64,000 bases of DNA. It comes from Thermoanaerobaculia bacterium (GTDB lineage Bacteria; Acidobacteriota; Thermoanaerobaculia; Gp7-AA8). This document shows positions 8,131 through 16,900 of this stretch, in pieces. Below the pieces are notes generated by a model. That model was not told the DNA's origin. It was given only the letters and a program-made list of their open reading frames with translations, and ran no database searches. Location: positions 75,386 through 139,385 of the forward strand of contig JBBRTE010000011.1 of assembly GCA_038244715.1 (NCBI GenBank). Direction: 5' to 3'. The position numbers and the translations under genes are program-made. How positions within the stretch are numbered: position 1 is the first letter of the stretch; each line of letters starts with the position of its first letter.

Positions 8131-11100
8131 CTACTTTTTCGCGCTCGGTGCGCGCAGCGGGAACGCGGGGCGCACATCCTTCTGCGGTGGGTTCGCGGCG
8201 AGCTGCTTCATCGCGATGTCGAGCGCCTTCTCGAGTTGCGGATCGCGGCCGGCAATGATGTCCGCGGGCGTCTGTTCCACATCGACATCGGGCGGAACAC
8301 CCTCGTTCTCGACGACGAATCCTTCCGGTGTCCAGATGCCGAGGTTCGGAGCGGTGATCGTGCCGCCATCCATGAGAACGGGAAATCCGAGAATGCCCAC
8401 CAGCCCGCCCCAGGTGCGCCGGCCGACGAGGGTTCCGAGCTGCAGCTTGTGAAACATCCACGGCAGCAGGTCGCCGCCCGAGCCGGCGGTCTCGTCGATG
8501 ATCATCACCTTCGGTCCCTGGATCGAGGCCAGCGGGGTCTTCAGGTCGGCCCCGTAGCGCATGGCCCAGTGGCTGATCATCGGACGTCGCAGGATGTCGA
8601 TGTAGTAGTCGGCCACACTTCCGCCCCCGTTGTGGCGCTCGTCGACGATGATCGCCTCGCGGTCCGCCTGCGGGAAAAAGTAGCGCTTGAAGTACGTGTA
8701 GCCTGCTCCTGCCGTGTTGGGCACGTAGACATAGGCCACGCGACCGTTCGACGCTTCGGTGACTTTGCGCAGATTTCCTTCCACCCAGTCGCGATTGCGC
8801 AGCGGCGCCTCGTCCTCGATGGGCACGACCTTGACGACGCGCGACCCGCTGCTGTCCGCGTTCGGTCCCACGGTCAGCTCCACGATCCGCCCTGCCGTCT
8901 GTTCGAAGCGGCTGTAGAGATCTTCGGGATATCTCAGATCGTGGCCATCGACGGCGAGCAGATACTCGCCTGCCTTCACGTCGATGCCCGGCTCCGTCAA
9001 CGGCGACCGCAGCTCCGGGTTCCAGTTCAGTCCACCGAAGACTCTCGCGAACCGGTAGCGGCCGTTCTCGACTTTGTAGTCCGCGCCGAGGAGACCGCCC
9101 GGAACGGCTTCAACATCGGCCAGTGAGTCGCCGCCGCCGAGGCGATGATGGCCGACGGAGAGCTCGGAGGACATCCACATCATCACCCGGTTGAGGTCCT
9201 GCCGCACGGCGAGATCCGGAAGAAGGGCGGAGTACTTGGCGCGCATTGCGTTCCAGTCCGCGCCGTGCATGTTCGGGTCATAGAAGTAGTCGCGATTGAT
9301 GCGCCACGCTTCTTCGAAAATCTGCCGCCATTCGGCGCGGGGATCGATCTTCACCTGCAGCTTGTCGGTGGCGAGCTTGAACTTGGTCAGGTCGAGCTTT
9401 TCGCCGACATCGATCAGCGACCAACCATCCTTGTCGATCAGAATCCGCTTCCCGTCCGCGGAGAGATGAAACGCGTCCACCTTTTCCAGGAGCGTTTCCT
9501 CTTTCTTCTTCTCCAGATCGAAACGCTGCAGGCTGCTCTCATCGGGACCGAAGCGATTCGTACCGGCGGACTTGAGATAGAAAATCTGTCCGCTCTTGCC
9601 CACCTGCAGCGCGTCGTAGCCGGCGGCCTTGGGAGGGAGGGAGACGATGCGCTGGGTGAGTCCGTCGAAGTCGACGACCACCTTGACGACCTTCGTGGCC
9701 GATTTCGCCTTGTCCGCGCTGGCCTTTTCGTCGGCCGGCTTGTCGCTGGCTTTTGTCTCCGCCTTCATCGCTGATTCGTCGGCGCTCTTCGCGGCCTCCT
9801 CGTCGCTCTCCTTCGCGATCGGCGAAACGACGCCTTTCGGAAGCACGGCGAGGTAGATCGATTGTGTCGCCCGTAGATCGGAGTTCGACTGCGCGAACCA
9901 GTCCTCGACCGGTCCGGCGTCCGTCGATGCGAGGAAATAGAGATACTTCCCGTTCGGATCGAAGACCGGCTGGCTGGCGTCGGTGTAGGGATCGGTGACC
10001 GGATACGACTTCTTCTCGCCGATCGAGTAGAGGTAGATCCGATTCATGTACGTCGGCGTGTTGCGGGTGTATGCGAGCCACTGCGAGTCGGGCGCCCAGG
10101 AGTGATTGAGGACGCGCACCGGACCATAGAGAACATCGCTCGAGACCTTCTCGACCACACCGGAGGCGACGTCCGCAACATAGACCGAGCGTGAATTGTC
10201 CGCAAAGCTGATCTTCTTCGAATCGGGGGACCACTTCGGATCGTCGTAAAAGCCAGCGCCGTCGATCCGGATCTCGCGAGGCGTCCCTTTCCCGTCCTGG
10301 TCGCCGATGTTCAGGCGGTACTCGCCGCTGCGGTCGGAGAACCAGGCCATCGACTTTCCATCAGGCGCCCAGGCGGGCGAGCGATCGTTCGCCGCCGGTG
10401 TGCTGGTCAGATTTCGGTCGTCGCCCTTCTCGCGCGGGACGGTGAAGATGTCGCCGCGAAATTCGAAGGCCGCGCGCGCGCCCGAGGGAGACACGGCAAC
10501 ATTGCGGATGTACTTCTTCCCTTTCACGAACCGCGGCAGCGTTTCCACGAGGTCCGCCGCGATTCCGACTTTCAAACGGCTGCTGGTTCCGGTTTTCGGA
10601 TCGAGCAGATGCAGATAGCCACCCTGCTCGTAGATGACTTTCCCGGCGCCGGCAGATGCATTCACGACCGGAAAGTCCGCGTGATTGGTCAGAAGGGTCA
10701 TCTTCTTCGTCGATGGCTCGTAGCTGTAGAGGTTGAACTCACCGTCGCGGTCGGAGCGGAAGTAGATCTTCCCGTCGAGCCACATCGGATCGGTGTCGTT
10801 GCTTCGGCCAGCGGGCTGAGGAACGTGCTCTGTCGCATACGACGCCGTGTCGAAGATGACCAGATTGGAGACCTGACCACCGCGGTAGTGCTTCCACTCG
10901 TTGAATGCGTCGTTCAGCGGGACGTAGACAATCTTCCGGCCGTCGGACGAATAGACGGCCTTGGCCGCATGCGGAATCGGCAGCTTGGTCGCCATCCCTC
11001 CGGTCACCGGCACCGTGAATAGCTGCACGTACCGTCCGGTGTGGACCTCGCGCGGGGACGTGAAGAGGACGTTCGCGCCATCCGGTGTGAACCCGAGGGC

Positions 11101-11436
11101 GATGTCCGCCCGCGGATGCCACGTCAGCCGCTTCGGTACTCCCCCCTCGGCGGCCACGACGTAGACGTCGGTGTTGCCCTCGTACCGGCCGGTGAACGCG
11201 ATCCACTTCCCATCCGGAGAAAAGTGCGGACCCGACTCGATGCCGGGATGCGACGTCAGACGGCGCACTCCTGTCCCATCCAGGTTGGCCACCCAGAGGT
11301 CGTTCGCGTATCCGAACGCGATCCGGTCCGCGCTCACGGCGGGCTCGGAAAGAAGCCGGGTGTCATGAATGTCGACCGCCAGCAACGGCAACGCGGTCAG
11401 CACGAGAACGGTCAGCAACATCACACGAACGCGCAT
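8131..11436 (-). CDS. tricorn protease homologue (S41 family; PD40/WD40 beta-propellers + PDZ + C-terminal peptidase domain)
   Basis: The N-terminus 'DLWVANLDGTGVRRLTSHPGIESGPHFSPDGKWIAFTGRYEGNTDVYVV' is typical of tricorn. The C-terminal S41 domain is '...IIDETAGSGGDLLPWMFHKLQLGTLVGRRTWGG...'. A signal peptide follows the chosen 'MRVRVMLLTV' start. Confidence 0.8.
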   Translation of the reverse strand: MRVRVMLLTVLVLTALPLLAVDIHDTRLLSEPAVSADRIAFGYANDLWVANLDGTGVRRLTSHPGIESGPHFSPDGKWIAFTGRYEGNTDVYVVAAEGGVPKRLTWHPRADIALGFTPDGANVLFTSPREVHTGRYVQLFTVPVTGGMATKLPIPHAAKAVYSSDGRKIVYVPLNDAFNEWKHYRGGQVSNLVIFDTASYATEHVPQPAGRSNDTDPMWLDGKIYFRSDRDGEFNLYSYEPSTKKMTLLTNHADFPVVNASAGAGKVIYEQGGYLHLLDPKTGTSSRLKVGIAADLVETLPRFVKGKKYIRNVAVSPSGARAAFEFRGDIFTVPREKGDDRNLTSTPAANDRSPAWAPDGKSMAWFSDRSGEYRLNIGDQDGKGTPREIRIDGAGFYDDPKWSPDSKKISFADNSRSVYVADVASGVVEKVSSDVLYGPVRVLNHSWAPDSQWLAYTRNTPTYMNRIYLYSIGEKKSYPVTDPYTDASQPVFDPNGKYLYFLASTDAGPVEDWFAQSNSDLRATQSIYLAVLPKGVVSPIAKESDEEAAKSADESAMKAETKASDKPADEKASADKAKSATKVVKVVVDFDGLTQRIVSLPPKAAGYDALQVGKSGQIFYLKSAGTNRFGPDESSLQRFDLEKKKEETLLEKVDAFHLSADGKRILIDKDGWSLIDVGEKLDLTKFKLATDKLQVKIDPRAEWRQIFEEAWRINRDYFYDPNMHGADWNAMRAKYSALLPDLAVRQDLNRVMMWMSSELSVGHHRLGGGDSLADVEAVPGGLLGADYKVENGRYRFARVFGGLNWNPELRSPLTEPGIDVKAGEYLLAVDGHDLRYPEDLYSRFEQTAGRIVELTVGPNADSSGSRVVKVVPIEDEAPLRNRDWVEGNLRKVTEASNGRVAYVYVPNTAGAGYTYFKRYFFPQADREAIIVDERHNGGGSVADYYIDILRRPMISHWAMRYGADLKTPLASIQGPKVMIIDETAGSGGDLLPWMFHKLQLGTLVGRRTWGGLVGILGFPVLMDGGTITAPNLGIWTPEGFVVENEGVPPDVDVEQTPADIIAGRDPQLEKALDIAMKQLAANPPQKDVRPAFPLRAPSAKK

Positions 11437-11513
11437 GAAAGACTCCTGAACCTGGTCGGGATTGAACGGCGCCGCGACTGTAACGCCAAAGCAGGACCGC
11501 GTAAAATGACGAA

Positions 11514-12170
11514 ATGGCAAACGCGCGATTTACGGCCGTGTTGGAGGACGGGCACAAGGGAGTGGCGTTCGAAGTCCCGTTCGATCCGGCGGAACGATGG
11601 GGAACGAAACCCGAGCCTGTGGGTCCGCGGCGTCGCGGCCATCGCGTCTTGGGCAAGGTGAATGGCGTTGCCTTCAAGAGCGCGGTCGTCCCTCGCTCAC
11701 GGAGCTTCTGGGTGCTCATCGATGATGACGTCCGCGCGCAGGCAAAGCTGAAGCCGGGCACCACGGCGAAGATCGAACTTCGACCCGCGGCGCCGACGGT
11801 GACGGGCGATCCGGACATCGCGCTGGCGCGCCTCCGCAGCATCTGCCTGGCACTCCCCGATACCGAGGAGAAGGTCGCATGGGGAGAGCCGACGTTCCGC
11901 GTTCATGGGCGTCTCTTCGCGATGTTTGCGAACAACCATCACCACGACGGCCGCATCGCGGTTTGGTGCAACGCACCGGATGGAGCACAGCAGGATCTCG
12001 TCGCCGCGGATCCGAAGAACCTCTTCATTCCGCCCTACGTCGGTGCCGGCGGCTGGATCGGAATCCGGCTCGACACCCGACTGTCCAGGAACGCGTTGAC
12101 GGCGCTGCTCGAACAGGCCTGGCGCACGACTGCGGAAGCGCGCCGAGTCTCGAAGCGACGACGCCGATAG
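11514..12170 (+). CDS. DUF1905 + MmcQ/YjbR-family domain protein
   Basis: The N-terminal DUF1905-like region is 'FTAVLEDGHKGVAFEVPFD...RVLGKVNGVAFKSAVVP'. The C-terminal MmcQ/YjbR-like region is 'KVAWGEPTFRVHGRLFAMF...'. Confidence 0.55.
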   Translation: MANARFTAVLEDGHKGVAFEVPFDPAERWGTKPEPVGPRRRGHRVLGKVNGVAFKSAVVPRSRSFWVLIDDDVRAQAKLKPGTTAKIELRPAAPTVTGDPDIALARLRSICLALPDTEEKVAWGEPTFRVHGRLFAMFANNHHHDGRIAVWCNAPDGAQQDLVAADPKNLFIPPYVGAGGWIGIRLDTRLSRNALTALLEQAWRTTAEARRVSKRRRR

Positions 12171-12177
12171 CACGTCA

Positions 12178-12420
12178 TCACGAAGCAATGTCCGCAAGAG
12201 CCCGATAAGTCCTGCTCGACGCGCGATGCGTGATCAGCTGCCACGCCTTGATCGTGAACTCGAAGTCCCCGGCTGCCTGCTCCCGCCACTTTCTCAGCGT
12301 GCCGGGCGCGACTCGCGGCGCGTGGTGCTGTTGCCGGCCTGTTGGAAACGGTCGAACACGTGCGGAAGAAACTCGGCTCCAACGCTCGCCCTTGCGTGGA
12401 CGAGACATCGGCGGAAGCAT
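12178..12420 (-). pseudogene. possible remnant of a DUF72-family gene (short ORF retaining a 'W....GDFEFTIKAWQLITH' motif)
   Basis: 'LRKWREQAAGDFEFTIKAWQLITH' resembles the conserved 'W...P.GFrFavKa.ryiTH' block of DUF72 proteins. A full-length DUF72 gene lies at 56567-57271. The fragment lacks the N- and C-terminal parts of the domain. Confidence 0.25.
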
Positions 12421-12496
12421 TCTGCAAGTCGCAGGCCGCTCGCACAGCAGGCACAGGATTCCCCGTTCGTCCTTGGATCAACAGAGGTTGCGGGGA

Positions 12497-12934
12497 CTAC
12501 AACCTGGCCAGCTGCTCCTTCGGATACGCCCGCGGATCGACCTTCGGATGCGCTTCCGCGATCCGGCCGCTCTCGTCGATCAGGTACGCGATGCGTCGGG
12601 CGTATTCATCTCTGGGAGAGTCCGCCGCGCCGTACGCGAGACCGATCGTCCGCCCCGTGTCGCAGAGCAGCGGGAAGGGAAAGTCGAACTTCTCCGCGAA
12701 CCGTTTGTTGGCCTCCGCGTCATCGAAGCTGACGCCGAGGATGGTGGTGTTCTTCGCTTCGTACTGCGCCATGAGGTCCCGGAACCCGGAACCCTCGGCC
12801 GTTCAGCCAGGGGTATCGGCCTTCGGATAGAACCAGAGCACGACCTTGCGTCCGCGCAGGTCGCGGAGCGAGACCTCTCTTCCGCGATGATCGGAAACCG
12901 AGAAGTCCGGGGCTTCGTCGCCAACCTTCAACAT
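12497..12934 (-). CDS. selenocysteine-containing peroxiredoxin (Bcp/PrxQ family). An in-frame UGA at 12803-12805 replaces the peroxidatic Cys.
   Basis: Two ORFs in the supplied track (12803-13084 and 12497-12772) share one frame and are separated only by TGA. The joined product reads 'MLKVGDEAPDF...VVLWFYPKADTPG-U-TAEGSGFRDLMAQYEAKNTTILGVSFD...', which has the canonical Bcp active site 'FYPKA.TPGCT' with Sec at the Cys position. Confidence 0.7.
12773..12796 (-). promoter_or_regulatory. candidate bacterial SECIS hairpin downstream of the Prx UGA
   Basis: The mRNA sequence GAGGGUUCCGG-GUU-CCGGGACCUC forms an 8-9 bp stem (with G-U wobbles) and a GU-containing apical loop. The stem begins about 8 nt 3' of the UGA. 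Confidence 0.45.
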
Positions 12935-13002
12935 GCGCCCTCCTCGCAATGACGCCAGCACGAACCGGATCTTTCCAACCAGCGACACGCCGCCATTGTA
13001 GG

Positions 13003-13953
13003 TCAGTGGCGGGGTTTGGCGTGGCATTCGACAGGAGCGGTGCTGGCGTCGGGTGTCGATCCATCGGTCGCGAGGAAACGCCACTCGTAGCCGTGCTGGT
13101 GAAGTGTCATCAACAGCACCCCATGATGCGTGTGATCGAAGAATGCGCTGTTCCGCTTCAGGGAGCCCATCACGCGCAGCTCGGCGCCTCCGGTGCCAGC
13201 GACGAATTCGCGGAGACCGGCCGGCAACCGCGTGCCGGATGCGTCCTGCGGCTCGTACCGCTCGTAGTTGTGATCGTGTCCGTTGAGGACGACGTCGGCG
13301 CCGTGCACCAGCAGCGCATCCCAGAAGCGTCCGGTGCGCCGTCCCTGATCGCGCGGGTCATCGCCATGCTCGCTACCGGAACTGAACAGCGGATGGTGCC
13401 AGTACGCGAGGATGCATGGTCTCGTAGTTTCCCGCAGATCCTTCTCCAGCCAGGCGAGCTGCGTTGCGTTATCCACATGCTCGCTGTTCAGCGAAACGAT
13501 GTGCCAGTTGCGCAGGTCGAAGCTGTACCAGCCGAGGCCCGGCGGCCCGGCACGCGCTCCGAAGTAGCGGTAGTAGCCTCGGGCGCCGAGTGAGTAGTAC
13601 TCGTGATTGCCCGGCGAGGGATGGGTCCGGTCGAGAAACTGTCCCCATGTCGGCTGGTAGAACGCGGCAAACTGACCGCTGGTGCCTCGCAGATACGCGT
13701 TGTCGCCCAAGGTGTAAACCGTGGCCCGCGGGATCCGGACGATGATGGCCGCGGTCGCCGCCGCGTCGGTGAGATAGGAACCATTGGCGATGTCGCCGGC
13801 GCCCGCGAAGAGCACGTCATCCGCTCCCGGATCGTTCACTTCGAATTGCGGCACGGCGTCCGCCGCGGCCAGGAGCGCCTCCGGCGGCGGCCCGGAGGTC
13901 GTGCAGCGAACCGCTACGACGAGCAGGGCAAGAAGCAGCAGTTGGTTCTTCAT
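13003..13953 (-). CDS. secreted calcineurin-like metallophosphoesterase (purple-acid-phosphatase/PhoD-like)
   Basis: Signal peptide 'MKNQLLLLALLVVAV'. Metallophosphoesterase motifs 'GDIANGSY', 'TLGDNAY', 'GNHEY', 'WHHPLFSSG', 'VVLNGHDHNYER'. Confidence 0.7.
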   Translation of the reverse strand: MKNQLLLLALLVVAVRCTTSGPPPEALLAAADAVPQFEVNDPGADDVLFAGAGDIANGSYLTDAAATAAIIVRIPRATVYTLGDNAYLRGTSGQFAAFYQPTWGQFLDRTHPSPGNHEYYSLGARGYYRYFGARAGPPGLGWYSFDLRNWHIVSLNSEHVDNATQLAWLEKDLRETTRPCILAYWHHPLFSSGSEHGDDPRDQGRRTGRFWDALLVHGADVVLNGHDHNYERYEPQDASGTRLPAGLREFVAGTGGAELRVMGSLKRNSAFFDHTHHGVLLMTLHQHGYEWRFLATDGSTPDASTAPVECHAKPRH

Positions 13954-13975
13954 CGATGAATGAGTCCGTGTGGAG

Positions 13976-16900
13976 TCAGCTCTCCACGAGGACGCGCAGC
14001 TGTCTACTGGCCACGGTGAGCATGGCCAGATCGACCGATTGTGCGGCACGGAAGTCGGTCATCATCTGGTCGATCTTCTCGACTTCGCGCGGACGTGCCG
14101 CCAGCCATTTCTCCACCGGTTCGCGTGACCCGTCACTCTCGTTGATGACGCGCGACGCCAGCGTGCTCTGGTAGTGGAAGAGGTCATCAATCACCGCCGC
14201 GACCGCCGCCTTCTGCCAGGGAGTTTCCGCGGCGATCGACGCACCCGCGGTCCGCAGCCGTTCCAGTCCGAACCGCGCCCCGACACTGAAATAGACCTTG
14301 GCCACATCCTCCACCGGCCCACCCTTCCGCGAGAGCCGGACGATGTCGAGCGCGGCCCCCATGACGCCCAGACTGGCGATGCGGTAGGCCACACGCTCCG
14401 GAACGCCGTCCATCTCGAGCTCGCCCTGACGCGCCTTGAGCGACCCGAGGAGGGCGGCCGGGAGGATGTCGTTCAATTTGTCGGAGATCGCTGTGATCGC
14501 CGGGCGGAATTCGCTGACGTACCGCGCGGTGTCGAGCGTCTGGTAGTCGCTGGTGAGCAGCCAGCTCATGGCGCGCTCCAGCAAGCGGCCCACTTCGATC
14601 AGCATTTCGGTCTGCACACGAGCGGGCAGCACATTGTCCTGCCCCTCGATCTCGGACCAGAGGGCGCGAAGGTCGAACGACTCCCGGATGACCGTGAACG
14701 CCCGCGCGATGTCCGCCGTCGGCTTCCCCGTCTCCTCGGTCATCTGCCAGACGTAGGTCGGACGGATGCGATTGATGATGTTGTTCGTGACGTAGCTGGC
14801 GATGATCTCCCGGCGCAGCCGGTGCCGTTCGATCGTGGCGCGATAGGTCTCGCGCAACGGTTTCGGGAAATAGAGCACGAGGTCTTCGACGAGGAGAGGA
14901 TCGTCGGGCAGATCGCTGGCCAGGAGATCGGCGTAGAGGACGATCTTGCTGTAGGCGAGGAGCACGGCCAGCTCCGGACGGGTCAGCCCGACGTGCGCCG
15001 TGTGCCGCTGCGCGATCGTCTCGTCGTCGGGCAGACCTTCCAGTGCGCGATCGAGCCTGCCGGCGCGCTCGAGTGCGCGCATGAAGCGGGCCTGTTCGTC
15101 CAGGACCGACTCGCCGAGCGCCAGCGTGAGAGAGATGGCCTGGGTCTGCTCGTAGTTGTCGCAGAGCACGAGATGGCCGACTTCGGCCGTCATCGACGCG
15201 AGCAGCGTGTTCCGCTGCTCCAGGCCGGCCAGTTCACCGCGTTCGATGGCGTCGTAAAGCAGGACCTTGATGTTGACCTCGTGGTCCGAGGTGTCGACAC
15301 CGGCGGAGTTGTCGATCGCATCGGTGTTGATGTGGCCACCGCCGAGGGCGTACTCGATCCGGCTGCTCTGGGTGAAACCGAGGTTGGCGCCCTCGCCGAC
15401 GACGCGCACGCGCAGCTCCCGTCCGTCGACGCGCAGCGCGTCGTTGGCACGGTCGCGCGCCGCAGCGTGGTCTTCATCGCTGGATTTCACGTACGTGCCG
15501 ATGCCACCCAGCCAGAGCAGGTCCGCACGTGCGCGCAGGATTGCCTTCATCAGGTCTGCCGGTGGGAGCGTCTTCCTGTCGAGATCGAGGATGCGCATCA
15601 CCTCGTTCGAAACAGTGACCGTCTTCGCGCTGCGCTCCAGAACGGCGCCTCCGGGAGAGAGCAGGTCCGTGTTGTAGCCGTTCCAGTTGAGACGCTGATC
15701 GAACATCCGCTGACGCTCGGCCAGACTGACCGCCGGATCAGGATTGGGGTCGAGAAAGATGTGCGAGTGATTGAACGCCGCGATCAGCTTCGTCTGTGGC
15801 GAGAGAAGCATCGCGTTGCCGAAGACATCGCCGGACATGTCGCCGACGCCGACGACCGTGAACGGCTCGCGCTGGATATTCACCCCCAGCTCGCGGAAGT
15901 GGCGCCTGACCGCCTCCCACCCGCCCCGCGCGGTGATGCCCATCGCTTTGTGGTCGTAGCCCGCGCTGCCGCCGGAAGCGAATGCATCGCCGAGCCAGAA
16001 CCCGTATTCGGCAGAGATGGCGTTGGCGATGTCGGAGAACGTCGCGGTGCCTTTGTCCGCGGCCACCACGAGGTATGGATCGTCGGCGTCGCGCCGCACG
16101 ACGTCGCGCGGCGGGATGACGTCAGCGCCGCGCAGGTTGTCGGTGATGTCCAGCATGCCGCGGAGAAGCGTCTGGTATGCCGCCACTCCCTCTTTCTGAA
16201 ACACGGCGCGTTCCGGGGATGGATTCCTGACGACGAATCCGCCCTTCGACCCCATCGGCACGATCACGACGTTCTTGACGTTCTGCGCCTTCATCAGCCC
16301 GAGGATCTCGGTGCGGAAGTCTTCGCGGCGGTCGGACCAGCGGATGCCGCCGCGCGCGACCTTGCCGGCACGGAGGTGGATGCCCTCCATGACCGGTGAA
16401 TACACGGAGATCTCGAACATCGGCCGCGGCAGAGGCAGCTCGCGGATCGATTGCGACTCGAGTTTGAAGGAGAGATACGGTTTGCGATTTCCGGCGTCAT
16501 CGCGCTTGTAGTAGTTCGTGCGCAGCGTCGCTTCGATCAGCGTGAGGAAGATGCGGAGGATGCGATCCTCGTCCGGGTTCTTCACCTGTTCGAGAGCGTC
16601 TTCGACCTGAGCGCGGATCCCGCTGGCCGCCAGGTGCCGGCCGGTCACACCGGTCGAGGCCATGCTGGCTCCGCGCATCGTAGCCGAGCCCAGCGCCGGA
16701 TCGAAGTGCGTCTCGAAGAGCTGGATCAGCATCCGCGCGACCTCCGGATGCGCCGAGAGCGTCTGCTGCACAAGCGCCTCGCTGACATTGACGCCGATCT
16801 GCCGGATGTACTTGCTATACGCACGCAGCACGACCACCTGGTACCACTCGAGCTCGGCCGTGAGTACCAGCCGATTGAAGCCGTCGTTCTCCGCTTCGCG

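Noticed and set aside
8236-11022. Multiple + strand ORFs (296, 209 and 137 aa) antisense to the tricorn protease gene
   Set aside because: Same GC-driven artefact. No domain signatures are present and the tricorn frame has clear family motifs.
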